The notes under the pieces: generated by a model
Database searches by the model: none
Seen by the model: the letters and a program-made list of their open reading frames with translations, nothing else
Told to the model about the DNA's origin: nothing
NCBI GenBank assembly: GCA_025451045.1
Contig: JANWLD010000001.1
Coordinates: forward strand, 273,965-337,964
Source of the DNA: Candidatus Saccharimonadales bacterium
GTDB taxonomy: Bacteria > Patescibacteriota > Saccharimonadia > Saccharimonadales > 2-12-FULL-41-12
Length of the DNA: 64,000 bases
Direction: 5' to 3'
Part shown: positions 18,277-29,772 of the stretch, one piece after another
Numbering within the stretch: position 1 is the first letter of the stretch
How the letters are laid out: each line of letters starts with the position of its first letter
Program-made: the position numbers and the translations under genes

Positions 18277-18807
18277 ATGCAAGAAACCAATATAGGAGTA
18301 AAGGCCTGGGTAGAAGGTCATTGGCCGGAACTCGCAGATGCTGAACCCGGCGCTTCTTTTGATCAAACCGTCCAGAATTTTGTATTTGAAAATCCTGAAC
18401 TTGTGACGAGTGGAGATGACCGGGATATTCAGAAAACTCTTGGCGGTGTTCTTAGAGAATGGGTTATCGACGACTGGATAAATAACACCGCGCTTTCGGC
18501 CTTAGACGGTGTCATAGCTCGGAACTATCCTGAAAATCAAAAGAAAAGGATAAGAGAAATTGTACAAGACCGGGATTTAAGAGTTACATCTTTGGGCCTG
18601 GCTCCTAAAACTATTGTTAAATCAGATAATATCCTGACTCCGGAATCCGATGCGAGAAGTTATGGTATGGCCACTGGTAAATTAAAGTTCGTATTAATCG
18701 AAGATGGTGGCTTGATATTGCAACCTAAAAAAGAAGGCTTTTGGTTCGTAAACGTGTTGGATAAAGAAACGGATGAACCCTTAGTAGAGTTGGAAGTCGT
18801 AGAATAA
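18277..18807 (+). CDS. Hypothetical acidic protein
   Basis: Open frame; the GTG at 18238 lies inside the repeat, so ATG 18277 is preferred. Confidence 0.6.
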   Translation: MQETNIGVKAWVEGHWPELADAEPGASFDQTVQNFVFENPELVTSGDDRDIQKTLGGVLREWVIDDWINNTALSALDGVIARNYPENQKKRIREIVQDRDLRVTSLGLAPKTIVKSDNILTPESDARSYGMATGKLKFVLIEDGGLILQPKKEGFWFVNVLDKETDEPLVELEVVE

Positions 18808-18851
18808 TCTATTGCCTGAGTAATATCACCTCTGTTACACTTAGTTAAATA

Positions 18852-19895
18852 ATGTCAGACAAAAAACCTTCGTTGGTTAAAATTTATGCAATCTCAACCC
18901 TGATATCGGTTGCCTTGATTGCTTTCGTTGGCGTCAAGGCGGGCTTGTCAGCACTGATTATAGTATTGGTTTTGGTGGCTCTTGAAATAACCTTCAGCGT
19001 TGACAATGCTGTTGTTAACACTCGAATACTTCAGAAAATGAGTCCGGGTTGGCAGCAGGCTTTTTTGACGGTCGGTATCTTCATAGCCGTTTTCATAGTA
19101 AGGGTGCTTCTGCCTATATATATAGTCGTGTGGGCTTCTGGATTATCGTTCCACACAGTTACTGATTTGGCGCTGAACCACCCGGAAGAATACGGCCACA
19201 TGCTTGAAGAAGCACATCCGGTCATTGCCAGCTTCGGCGGCGTGTTCCTGCTGATGATTTTTCTTGATTTCTTTTTTGAGCGCCGCCGGACCAAATGGCT
19301 GGTCAAGATTGAAACACTACTGCAAAACGCTGGCAAATTGGAAAGCCTGAGCGTGATAATAGCGCTGGGCGTTATTTTGGGTATGGCAAACCTTGTCGGC
19401 GGACATGAACAGCAGGTTATTCTAACCAGCGGCGCAATCGGGCTGTTGACTTATCTGGTTATCAATTCGTTAGACACACTGCTTGAAAAAACCAGAAAAA
19501 GCGGCGGCGTCAGCTCGGTAGCTAAAACCGGATTCAAGGCCGGGTTAATCGGCTTTTTGTACCTGAATGTAGTCGATGCCAGCTTTAGCTTGGACGGCGT
19601 CATCGGTGCTTTCGCCATAACCAACCAGATATTATTGATAGCCGTTGGTCTGGGCATCGGCGCGCTGTACGTGCGGGTGCTGACCCTGCATATGTTGCGC
19701 CACGGCGTGCTGGAACAGTATAAATACATGGAACATGGCGCCCACTACGCTATCGGTATTTTGGCGTTTATCATGCTACTTTCACTCAGGTTTGAAATCT
19801 CTGAATTCGTGGCCGGACTTGCCGGGGTAATTTTCATAATCACAGCCGTTGGCCAGTCATATCTTGAGTCTAAACGGCAGGGGAACCCGGCATGA
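18852..19895 (+). CDS. DUF475 / TerC-like integral membrane protein
   Basis: LEITFSVDNAVVN, DASFSLDGVIGAFA and YMEHGAHYAIG motifs; multiple TMs. Confidence 0.9.
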   Translation: MSDKKPSLVKIYAISTLISVALIAFVGVKAGLSALIIVLVLVALEITFSVDNAVVNTRILQKMSPGWQQAFLTVGIFIAVFIVRVLLPIYIVVWASGLSFHTVTDLALNHPEEYGHMLEEAHPVIASFGGVFLLMIFLDFFFERRRTKWLVKIETLLQNAGKLESLSVIIALGVILGMANLVGGHEQQVILTSGAIGLLTYLVINSLDTLLEKTRKSGGVSSVAKTGFKAGLIGFLYLNVVDASFSLDGVIGAFAITNQILLIAVGLGIGALYVRVLTLHMLRHGVLEQYKYMEHGAHYAIGILAFIMLLSLRFEISEFVAGLAGVIFIITAVGQSYLESKRQGNPA

Positions 19896-21331
19896 AATAT
19901 TTCATAACTACCTCGATACCATATATCAACGGCGAGCCGCACATTGGTCACACTTATGAACTGCTAGCCGCCGACGTACTGGCGCGCTATGCCCGCTCAC
20001 GTGGCAAAAAAGTAATTCTAAGCACCGGTACGGACGAACACGGCGGCAAAAACGAGGAAAAGGCGAAAGAACTCGGCAAATCGGTCAAGGAATACGCTGA
20101 CGAAATGAGCCAGCGTTGGCGCGAACTCGGTCCGCTGGTGAACATGAGTAACGACCGTTTCATCCGTACGACTGACCCGGGCCACGAACAACGGGCGGCT
20201 TTGATTTGGAAAACTTTATCCAAATTCATTTACAAAGGCAAATACAGCGGCTGGTACTGTACCGGCTGCGAAGCTTTTGTAACCGAATCCACTGCCAAAG
20301 CAAACAAAGGGACTTGCCCGATCCATAACCGTCCTTATGAAAAGATTGAAGAAGATAATTATTTTTTCAAACTCTCAAGCTTTTCCAAACAAATCAGCGA
20401 GGCGATTACTTCTGGAACTTTCCGGATCATTCCTACCACCCGCAAAAACGAGGTACTCGGCATATTAAAAGAGGGCTTGGAAGATATAAGTATCTCGCGT
20501 CCCAAAGAAAAAATTTCGTGGGGCATAGCAGTTCCGGACGACCCGGCTCAAGTAATGTATGTTTGGTTTGAGGCGCTGATGAACTATATAACCGTTCTGG
20601 GTTATCCGGAACATCCGGATTTTAAAGAATTCTGGCCGGCAGACGTGCAGGTTATCGGCAAAGATATTTCGCGCTTCCACGCGCTAATCTGGCCCGGCAT
20701 GCTGTTCGGCCTTGGCATCGCATTGCCTGAACTTCTCTACGTCCACGGCTTTATAAATATTGAAGGCAAAAAAATCAGCAAGTCGCTAAATAATGTTATC
20801 CATCCTAAAGAAGTCATCGACAAACATGGTGTCGACGCTTTCCGCTACTATATCCTGCGCCACACGCCAAGCTATGATGACGGTGATTTCACATGGGAAA
20901 AATTCGAGGCCGCCTACAATGGCGAGCTGGCTAACGAGCTGGGAAATGCCGTTAGCCGAACCGAAGCGATGATCATCAGGTACCAAAGGGGTTTAATCGG
21001 CGACATTCCACCGTCCGAGCACGACAGCGCAGGGTATCATAAATACTTGGCTGACTGCCGGTTTGACCGCGCGCTGGAGGAAGTCTGGGAGCAGGTCAGG
21101 GGCCTGAACCAGTACATTGACGAGCAGAAGCCGTGGGAAATTGCCAAATCAAAAGACGAGGAGCACTTGCGCCAAGTATTGGCTTATATGTGTAGCGACT
21201 TGCTGCAAATCGCCGAACTGTTATTGCCATTTTTGCCGGAAACATCAGCCAAAATTAAGGATATCTTTGGCACCGGCATAATCAAGCCGACCAAGGGGAC
21301 TCTCTTTCCTAAGACGATTCAACAGAAATAG
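19892..21331 (+). CDS. metG: Methionine--tRNA ligase (short form)
   Basis: PHIGH, GTDEHG, zinc knuckle CTGC..CPIH, YVWFEAL, GKDI and KISKS motifs. Confidence 0.96.
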   Translation: MKYFITTSIPYINGEPHIGHTYELLAADVLARYARSRGKKVILSTGTDEHGGKNEEKAKELGKSVKEYADEMSQRWRELGPLVNMSNDRFIRTTDPGHEQRAALIWKTLSKFIYKGKYSGWYCTGCEAFVTESTAKANKGTCPIHNRPYEKIEEDNYFFKLSSFSKQISEAITSGTFRIIPTTRKNEVLGILKEGLEDISISRPKEKISWGIAVPDDPAQVMYVWFEALMNYITVLGYPEHPDFKEFWPADVQVIGKDISRFHALIWPGMLFGLGIALPELLYVHGFINIEGKKISKSLNNVIHPKEVIDKHGVDAFRYYILRHTPSYDDGDFTWEKFEAAYNGELANELGNAVSRTEAMIIRYQRGLIGDIPPSEHDSAGYHKYLADCRFDRALEEVWEQVRGLNQYIDEQKPWEIAKSKDEEHLRQVLAYMCSDLLQIAELLLPFLPETSAKIKDIFGTGIIKPTKGTLFPKTIQQK

Positions 21332-21333
21332 CC

Positions 21334-22149
21334 ATGGCCGGTTTAGTCGACACCCATTGTCATATCCATGCGGCAAACAGCAACCGCCAGGATTACACGG
21401 CCAAAAAATGGCAGGAGGCCGAAGAAACAGATCCGGACGCACTTATAAAATCTGCCGAAATCGCAGGCGTTGGCAGGCTGATATGCGTCGGTACTGACTT
21501 GAACGATAGCCGAGAAGCTGTAAATTTTGTCCAAACCCGTGGCAACTGCTGGTCGTCTGTCGGCGTTCACCCCCATGAAGCCCAGAAATTCTTATCAGAA
21601 CACAAAGACTTATCCACCTTTGAGGAATTATTAAAAGAACCCAAGATAGTGGCGTTGGGGGAGGTAGGACTGGATTATTACTATGAACATTCGCCGAAGG
21701 CCGAACAGATTAAACTTTTGGAGATGTTTTTGCAGCTGGCGCGTGAAAATAAATTGCCGGTAATCTTCCATATCCGCGAGGCTTTTTCCGACTTTTGGCC
21801 GATTTTAGACAATTTTGGGGCTGTTAGGGGAGTTTTGCATAGCTTCACGTCTAATACGGCTGACCTTGACAAAGCACTAAATAAAGGGCTTTATACCGGC
21901 TTAAACGGCATAATGACCTTTACTAAGGACGAAAATCAGCTGGAAATGGCCAAAAAAGTGCCTTTGGACAGGTTGCTTCTCGAAACAGACGCCCCATATC
22001 TGGCGCCAAAGCCGTATCGCGGCCGAATCTGCAAACCTGAATATGTGAAAGAAACGGCTGAATTTCTAGCAGAACTTCGAGGTGAGAAATTCGAAGAACT
22101 GGCAAATGCTACCACCGAAAATGCCAAACTGCTTTTTGGCTTAAGGTAA
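21334..22149 (+). CDS. tatD: TatD family deoxyribonuclease
   Basis: DTHCH, GVHPH, GEVGLDY, HIRE, LHSF and ETDAPYL motifs; follows metG. Confidence 0.95.
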   Translation: MAGLVDTHCHIHAANSNRQDYTAKKWQEAEETDPDALIKSAEIAGVGRLICVGTDLNDSREAVNFVQTRGNCWSSVGVHPHEAQKFLSEHKDLSTFEELLKEPKIVALGEVGLDYYYEHSPKAEQIKLLEMFLQLARENKLPVIFHIREAFSDFWPILDNFGAVRGVLHSFTSNTADLDKALNKGLYTGLNGIMTFTKDENQLEMAKKVPLDRLLLETDAPYLAPKPYRGRICKPEYVKETAEFLAELRGEKFEELANATTENAKLLFGLR

Positions 22150-22524
22150 AGGTTGCTGGCTGTCTTGTATCTCGGCTTGCACGCAGTCGAACAGTTTTTT
22201 CGCTAGATGGTTTGCTGGCATAAAATCACTTTTGAAATCTTCATACCGCGCCGTTTCTGCTTCTGAACCGGGTCCTAAGTCTAATTCATCGATCATTTGA
22301 GCACGTTCGGTGGCATAATTCCCGATTGAACTGGCCGCAAAACCGGGCGAGTCAGGGAGCCCACCTGTACAGTAATTGGTAGTGTTTTCCAATGCGTCAC
22401 TGTATGCTAAGTACAACCCATTATAATTCGCAGTTGAATTATCAGATCCGCCGCATCCGGCTACAAGGGCCGCGGCGCTCAGGCCAGTAGCTAGCATAGC
22501 TTCAAATTTGTTTGGCAGTCTCAT
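22141..22524 (-). CDS. Putative lipoprotein
   Basis: Signal ending in lipobox LVAG-C followed by GGSDNS linker. Confidence 0.6.
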   Translation of the reverse strand: MRLPNKFEAMLATGLSAAALVAGCGGSDNSTANYNGLYLAYSDALENTTNYCTGGLPDSPGFAASSIGNYATERAQMIDELDLGPGSEAETARYEDFKSDFMPANHLAKKLFDCVQAEIQDSQQPLP

Positions 22525-22610
22525 AAGCTCCTAACTTTCCCACCCCTTTAATATAAGGTATACTATAAACCCATAACTATGTTCTGTCAATTGAGAAGTA
22601 AAATTAAATA

Positions 22611-23756
22611 GTGAACAAAAAAGCCATATATCTTGATTATGCGGCGGCCACGCCGATGGACGAAGCTGTTATTAAGGCGATGGAGCCGTATTTTATGGGT
22701 AAATTTTATAATCCGGCGGCAAACTATCTGTCGGCAAAGTCGGTAAAAGATGAGATAACCGAAGCTAAAAAAAGCGTAGCCGCCCAACTGGGAGCTAAGC
22801 ATACCGAAATCATCTGCACTTCCGGCGGTACAGAAGCCAACAATCTGGCAATTTCCGGCGTAATGGACAAATTCCCGCGCAAAAAGGTGCTAGCAAGCAA
22901 TATCGAACATGAATCGGTTTTGAAACCGGCCGAAAAATATGACCATAGCTTAATACCGGTTGATAAACGCGGAGCTATCAAGCTAGAATCATTAAAAAAA
23001 CTGATAACCAACGACGTTGTCCTAATAAGCGTGATACTGGCCAGCAACGAAACCGGCGCGGCCCAGCCGATTCGAAAAATCGCCGAGCTTATCAAGCAAG
23101 TCAGAAAGTCCCGACGAGCGAACGGTATCGGTTTGCCACTTTACCTGCATAGCGATGCCTGCCAGACGCCTTGTTATATGGATATCAATACCAACCGTTT
23201 AGGTGTTGACCTCTTAACGCTCAACGGCGGTAAGATTTATGGTCCCAAAGGCTCCGGAGTATTATTCGCCAAAACCGGGGTTGAGCCAAAGCCGCAAATT
23301 CTTGGCGGCGGACAACAGCAGAACCGGCGTAGCGGCACTGAAAATCCGGCCGCGGCCGCGGGCTTTGCCAAAGCACTGGAAATTGCTTCCGGCAAGCGAA
23401 AAGATGAGGCTGCAAGATTGGAAAAACTGCGTGCACAATTCGTTGAAGGCTTATTTAAAACCAATCCAAAAATCGTAATAAACGGCCATCCAAAGCAGTG
23501 CGCGCCGCATATCCTGAGCGTAACCTTTCCCGGCGCGGATAACGAACGCTTGTTATATCAGCTGGAAGAGAAAGGAATATTAGCCGCTGCCGGCTCGGCT
23601 TGTAGTGCCGCCTCGGACGAACCATCGCACGTGCTTAGGGCAATGGGCATATCCGACACCGATGCCCGCAGCTCTCTGCGTTTTAGTTTTGGCCGCGCTA
23701 CCACGTCGGCTGATATAAAACACCTGCTTGAAATACTTGGCAATCTGATTGCTTAA
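22611..23756 (+). CDS. iscS: Cysteine desulfurase (NifS/IscS family)
   Basis: YLDYAAATP, SGGTEANN, EHESV, HSDACQ, GKIYGPKG, RSGTEN and GSACS motifs. Confidence 0.94.
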   Translation: MNKKAIYLDYAAATPMDEAVIKAMEPYFMGKFYNPAANYLSAKSVKDEITEAKKSVAAQLGAKHTEIICTSGGTEANNLAISGVMDKFPRKKVLASNIEHESVLKPAEKYDHSLIPVDKRGAIKLESLKKLITNDVVLISVILASNETGAAQPIRKIAELIKQVRKSRRANGIGLPLYLHSDACQTPCYMDINTNRLGVDLLTLNGGKIYGPKGSGVLFAKTGVEPKPQILGGGQQQNRRSGTENPAAAAGFAKALEIASGKRKDEAARLEKLRAQFVEGLFKTNPKIVINGHPKQCAPHILSVTFPGADNERLLYQLEEKGILAAAGSACSAASDEPSHVLRAMGISDTDARSSLRFSFGRATTSADIKHLLEILGNLIA

Positions 23757-23778
23757 AGAAATAACTAAGCGGTATAAT
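23749..23778 (+). promoter_or_regulatory. Putative sigma70 promoter of the F1-like operon
   Basis: TTGCTT-N18-TATAAT upstream of ATG 23806. Confidence 0.45.
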
Positions 23779-23805
23779 CATAAGCGAAATCAATCTATAT
23801 TATTT

Positions 23806-24645
23806 ATGCAAAAAACAAACATTAAAAACCGCTTCCTTTCCAAACTGCTGGCGTTTGCCGGGCTGTTGGTATTAATAAGCCTGAGTATTGCCGGTTCGCT
23901 GGCTGCCCAAAGTATAAACCAAGGCTACAAATCCGATGAAACCCTTCCAAATGGCACGCTGGTCAAACAAAAAGATAACGATGCTACGAAGGTTGAAGCA
24001 CTCAGCCAGGAAAGACTGCGCGACCTCAAGGGCATAGTTGTATCTGAAAATGATTCACCGGTAGTCATTGTGGGCAAGGACCAAAATGTCTTTGTGGCCA
24101 ATGACGGTACGCATATGGTACGGGTTAGTAATGAGAACGGAGCTATCAAACAAGGCGATTACCTCAGCATTTCATCGATAAAGGGCGTTGCTATGAAAGC
24201 GAATGATGAACAGCCGATAGTCCTTGGCCGCGCTGCCAGCGGATTTGATGGCGAAAAAAACGTTTTAAGTACCGTTAACCGAAAATCTGACAACAAGCCG
24301 ATTAAACTCGGCCAGGTAGATGCCTATATTGTCATCGGCGCTAATCCGTTTTTGAAGAAACCGCCGCCGCAGACAGTGCCTAAGTTGCTAAAAAATGTCT
24401 CTAACGAAGTCGCTGGCCGGCCGGTCAGCAATGCCCGCATTTGGCTGGCTTCAATAATATTTTTGGCTACCACTATTGTAACCGGGATTATGATTTACGG
24501 CGGTGCGAAAAGCAGTCTTCAGGCGATGGGCCGTAACCCGCTATCCAAAGCATCGATTCTGCGCGGCCTATTGCAGGTAGTAATATTAGGACTGATTGTT
24601 TTCATATGCGGTATATTTGGGGTATATTTACTACTAAAGCTTTAA
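23806..24645 (+). CDS. Exported beta-domain protein with C-terminal ATP synthase subunit-c-like helical hairpin (no carboxylate)
   Basis: N-terminal signal/TM, beta-rich domain, then two TMs joined by QAMGRNP (compare c-subunit ARQP/ARNP loop). First gene of the ATPase operon. Confidence 0.7.
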   Translation: MQKTNIKNRFLSKLLAFAGLLVLISLSIAGSLAAQSINQGYKSDETLPNGTLVKQKDNDATKVEALSQERLRDLKGIVVSENDSPVVIVGKDQNVFVANDGTHMVRVSNENGAIKQGDYLSISSIKGVAMKANDEQPIVLGRAASGFDGEKNVLSTVNRKSDNKPIKLGQVDAYIVIGANPFLKKPPPQTVPKLLKNVSNEVAGRPVSNARIWLASIIFLATTIVTGIMIYGGAKSSLQAMGRNPLSKASILRGLLQVVILGLIVFICGIFGVYLLLKL

Positions 24646-24667
24646 GCGTGGAAGAAGGGGCGGGCAA

Positions 24668-25291
24668 ATGATACAAGACCATGCTGGTACGATTCTGATA
24701 GTCGGTTCATTACTGGCTGCGACCTTGGCTTTTATTTGGATGGCTATTCGTCTTGGCAGTCCATCAACCGGCAAAAATAATGAAGACAGCATAAAAACCG
24801 TTGCTGAAAACGCTGTCGAGCAGATATTTAACGACGAATTTCGAGAAGAGCTGAGGAACCGCGGCCGGTTGCATTTTGAAAAAATAATCGGCGAAAATGC
24901 CATGTTCCTGCAACAGGATTTACGGCTTACGACATCGCAGGTCAACGAATTTATGAAACAGGAAATTACCAAGACGCTTAAGGAAGCGTTTTCGACGTAC
25001 GAACAATCAATTCAAGACGCCAAGAATACCGCGCTGGATTCCATAAACAAAACCAGGGTTGCGGTGGAAGAACAGGGACAGGTGATGAAACAACAACTGA
25101 CTGAAACTATGGAAAAGGAAAAACAGGATTTGATTAACCGTTTTGAGGCCAACATGGCCGAGATAGTCAACCATTATGTAATCGGAGCTATCGGCAATCA
25201 GATAGATTTGGAAGACCAGCTGGAATATATTCTGAGTGAACTGGAGCATAACAAACAGGCGATTATTGATGATATCAAGTCCGGAGCGTGA
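24668..25291 (+). CDS. ATP synthase subunit b-like peripheral stalk protein
   Basis: Single N-terminal TM followed by a long coiled coil; position before the delta-like and alpha genes. Confidence 0.6.
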   Translation: MIQDHAGTILIVGSLLAATLAFIWMAIRLGSPSTGKNNEDSIKTVAENAVEQIFNDEFREELRNRGRLHFEKIIGENAMFLQQDLRLTTSQVNEFMKQEITKTLKEAFSTYEQSIQDAKNTALDSINKTRVAVEEQGQVMKQQLTETMEKEKQDLINRFEANMAEIVNHYVIGAIGNQIDLEDQLEYILSELEHNKQAIIDDIKSGA

Positions 25292-25809
25292 CAATGACTG
25301 AGAAAAAACCCAACAAAAAACCCGTTGAAACCGTTAAGTTCAAACTAACACCGGAAGTAGTCACCAACCAAGACTTAAGCCGGGCCATTCATGAGGTTGA
25401 AAAACTGGATGAATTTTTATACCAAGCCCATCTTAGAAAAGCTGCTTCGCGCGACAGTCTGCCTAAGACTACCGTAACCCTGGAGAAGCTAGCTGAGGCC
25501 AACAATCTTTCGTTGACCAATGCAGAAGATCGCAAACAGCTTATCAATCATCTGCGCGAGCTGAAAATGCGCGGCAAGAAGCTTCATATAAGCTTCGCTG
25601 TTGAACCTTCTCCGGCCGTTGTTCAGAAAATAGTACTGTGGATGAGACAGAACATCCATCAGGAGATTTTAGTGGATATCGGTATCCAGCCGGCTATTTC
25701 CGTCGGCTGCGTGGTACGGACTACCAACAAAGTGTTCGACATGAGTTTGCGGCATCGGTTTGATGATAGCCGGACGATGTTATCCGGCCTGCTGGAGAAA
25801 AGTTCGTGA
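25288..25809 (+). CDS. ATP synthase delta/OSCP-like protein (divergent)
   Basis: C-terminal IQPAISVGCVVRTTNKVFDMSLRHRF resembles delta VDPSLLGGxVVR..D.S; operon position. Confidence 0.7.
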   Translation: MTMTEKKPNKKPVETVKFKLTPEVVTNQDLSRAIHEVEKLDEFLYQAHLRKAASRDSLPKTTVTLEKLAEANNLSLTNAEDRKQLINHLRELKMRGKKLHISFAVEPSPAVVQKIVLWMRQNIHQEILVDIGIQPAISVGCVVRTTNKVFDMSLRHRFDDSRTMLSGLLEKSS

Positions 25810-27233
25810 GTTCGCAGGCGCATTTCGACAGTTTGGTCAAAAGCGGCCAGCCGGTCGGTGAAGTTATCGGCGCGGATAAGTTTTTAGTCCGAATAAAAGG
25901 GCTAAACCCGATAAACCTCCATGCGCTCGTACTGTTTGCCGACGGTTCCAAGGGCTTTGTTAAACAAATAGATGCTGACAGTGTCTTCGTCCTGCATCTA
26001 AGCAACAAAAACATAGCTATCGGGACGCTGGCTGTAGCGCAGCACGACAAACTGGTCTGCCGCGTTGGTAAAAATTTTATCGGCCGGGTAGTTTCCATCA
26101 GCGGGCATCCTCTGGATGGCAAAGGACCAATTGTTGCCGATAGCGTTTGGCCGGTTTTCAACGAGGCCCCGACGCTATATTCCAGAAAACTGCTCGAGAC
26201 ACAGCTGGAGAGCGGCGTAACTACAATTGATTCAATCTTCCCGCTGGTCAGAGGCCAGAGAATAGCGGTAATCGGGGATAGCAAATCCGGCAAAACAGCG
26301 CTGGCAACTCAGTTGACCATCAACCAAAAAAATACCGGGCAGATTGTCGTTTACTGCTTGATAGCCAAACGCAAAAGCGATGTAGACACTTTGCTTAGCC
26401 GCTTGGAGGCCACCAGTTCGCTGAAAAATTCCATAGTAGTGGTTTCGACTATGTTTGATTCGTTGATATCAACTTATCTAGCTCCGTACATCGCTTGTTC
26501 TATGGCCGAATACCTGTGGCAGAAATCTAACCAGGATACGATAATTATCTACGACGATTTAACCAGCCACGCCCATGCCTACCGGGAAATCTCGCTATTA
26601 TCCGGTGTTAGCCCGGGTCGGGATTCCTACCCCGGCGATATGTTTTACGCGCACTCCAGTTTACTCGAGAGAGCCGGCCGTCTAAACAGTACCGGCAATT
26701 GCCTGACAGCGGTACCGATAGTACTGGCCAGCAGCGGCGATATTACCGCCTTTTTGCCGACCAATATCATGTCGATTACCGATGGGCAGTGGATATTGGA
26801 CATGAATGTTTTCAGGAGCGGCGTCAGACCGGCAATTAATACTGGTCTGAGTGTGACTAGGGTCGGCGGCGTTGGCCATAACAAGATTCAAAAAGAACTG
26901 GCCGCGAAAACCCTTAAACTATTGGCAGAATACCGTCAGGCTGAAGAATTTTCACGTTTTGGCTCGGAACTTACCGAAGAATCCAAACTAGTACTTAAAA
27001 AAGGCAAGGATATGTTCTCGCTATTAACCCAGAGTCCGGTTGATGTCTACGGCTTGGTAACTCAACAGTTGATGCTGGACATTGTCTTAAATCAACAGGC
27101 CGAAGAGAAAATCGACGTCAACAGCCTGAAGAATATGGCGGCGGAATTTGCTTCTAAAGTCCAGAAAGAATCTGATTATGAACCCAGCCGCGAAAAACTT
27201 AAACGCCAGATATTGGTAGGTGCAAAAAAATGA
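25806..27233 (+). CDS. atpA: F1-like ATPase alpha subunit (divergent)
   Basis: RGQRIAVIGDSKSGKT, YDDLTSHAHAYREISLL, PGRDSYPGDMFY.HS.LLERA, PTNIMSITDGQ and GLSVTRVGG motifs. Confidence 0.92.
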   Translation: MSSQAHFDSLVKSGQPVGEVIGADKFLVRIKGLNPINLHALVLFADGSKGFVKQIDADSVFVLHLSNKNIAIGTLAVAQHDKLVCRVGKNFIGRVVSISGHPLDGKGPIVADSVWPVFNEAPTLYSRKLLETQLESGVTTIDSIFPLVRGQRIAVIGDSKSGKTALATQLTINQKNTGQIVVYCLIAKRKSDVDTLLSRLEATSSLKNSIVVVSTMFDSLISTYLAPYIACSMAEYLWQKSNQDTIIIYDDLTSHAHAYREISLLSGVSPGRDSYPGDMFYAHSSLLERAGRLNSTGNCLTAVPIVLASSGDITAFLPTNIMSITDGQWILDMNVFRSGVRPAINTGLSVTRVGGVGHNKIQKELAAKTLKLLAEYRQAEEFSRFGSELTEESKLVLKKGKDMFSLLTQSPVDVYGLVTQQLMLDIVLNQQAEEKIDVNSLKNMAAEFASKVQKESDYEPSREKLKRQILVGAKK

Positions 27234-28096
27234 CCAGACTGACTGAAATAGAAAGAGAAACCGAAGCGATGTCGGCTCTAGTAGAATTAACTGGCGTCTT
27301 CGAAGGCATCGCCAGCCTGCAGATAGCCAGAGTTAAAAATCAGGTTTTGCAATCTACCCAGTTTTTCAAGGAGCTATGGTCTATTTATTCACAGTTGCGG
27401 GTAGACAGTCTGTTCCGCTATGGCCGCGGTTCCCACCACCCCAAAGTCAGCAACAAAGAACTGGTAATAGTCATAACTTCGGAAGGCGGATTCAGCGGCG
27501 ATATTGACCAGCGTGTTGTACAGCTTATGCTGGCAAATTATAACCCCGGCAAACAAGACATCATTGTCATCGGACGTCATGGCGTTACTCAATTGAACCA
27601 ACGCTCAGTCCCTATAAAAAAATATTTCGTTTTGCCAAAAAAAGATCAAAATATCAACACCGCGCCGATTACCAATTACATTCAACAGTATTCCAACACA
27701 GTCGTTTACTATCAGGAGTATGTTTCACTGATGAACCAGGCCGTAAAGTCGATATCAATAAATGCGGTAGTAGCCGAAATCGGCAGCAGGTCCGAAGAGC
27801 TGGAAAACGTAATCAGCGAAGAAACCTATATCTTCGAGCCAAGTACTCATGCTGTTGTCGGCCATTTGGAGCGCTCAATGCTAAAGATTGCTATCAGCCA
27901 GTTAATATTGGAGTCCAAACTGGCACAATATGCCAGCCGGTTTAGGGCTATGTCCGCTTCCCATCAAGCGGCTGACGACAGCCTTTATACGGCGCGGCTT
28001 AAATACAACCGGACAAAACGTTCCATAAAGGATGATCGAATAAAAGAAACTATCAACGGTATGAAAAAATCACAGATGAACAGAGGGGGCAATTAG
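27230..28096 (+). CDS. atpG: F1-like ATPase gamma subunit (divergent)
   Basis: N-terminal helix, VITSEGGFSG, YIFEPS and C-terminal QYASRFRAM..YNRTKR; lies between alpha and beta. Confidence 0.88.
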   Translation: MTRLTEIERETEAMSALVELTGVFEGIASLQIARVKNQVLQSTQFFKELWSIYSQLRVDSLFRYGRGSHHPKVSNKELVIVITSEGGFSGDIDQRVVQLMLANYNPGKQDIIVIGRHGVTQLNQRSVPIKKYFVLPKKDQNINTAPITNYIQQYSNTVVYYQEYVSLMNQAVKSISINAVVAEIGSRSEELENVISEETYIFEPSTHAVVGHLERSMLKIAISQLILESKLAQYASRFRAMSASHQAADDSLYTARLKYNRTKRSIKDDRIKETINGMKKSQMNRGGN

Positions 28097-29664
<1,568 letters not shown>

Positions 29665-29691
29665 AAGACCAAAAAAATCTGTTCCGAAAAT

Positions 29692-29729
29692 TCCGCCAAA
29701 AATTAGACGGCCGTCTGAATTTTGACGGA
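29692..29729. terminator. Long imperfect palindrome after the ATPase operon
   Basis: TCCGCCAAAAATTAGACG-GC-CGTCTGAATTTTGACGGA. Confidence 0.4.
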
Positions 29730-29772
29730 GATTAATTGAAGCAGAATCAATTGTGTCGGATAATAAGTAACT

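Noticed and set aside
23749..23805. TTG start of the c-like fusion gene
   Set aside because: It overlaps a putative promoter (TATAAT at 23773-23778); ATG 23806 gives a normal signal peptide.
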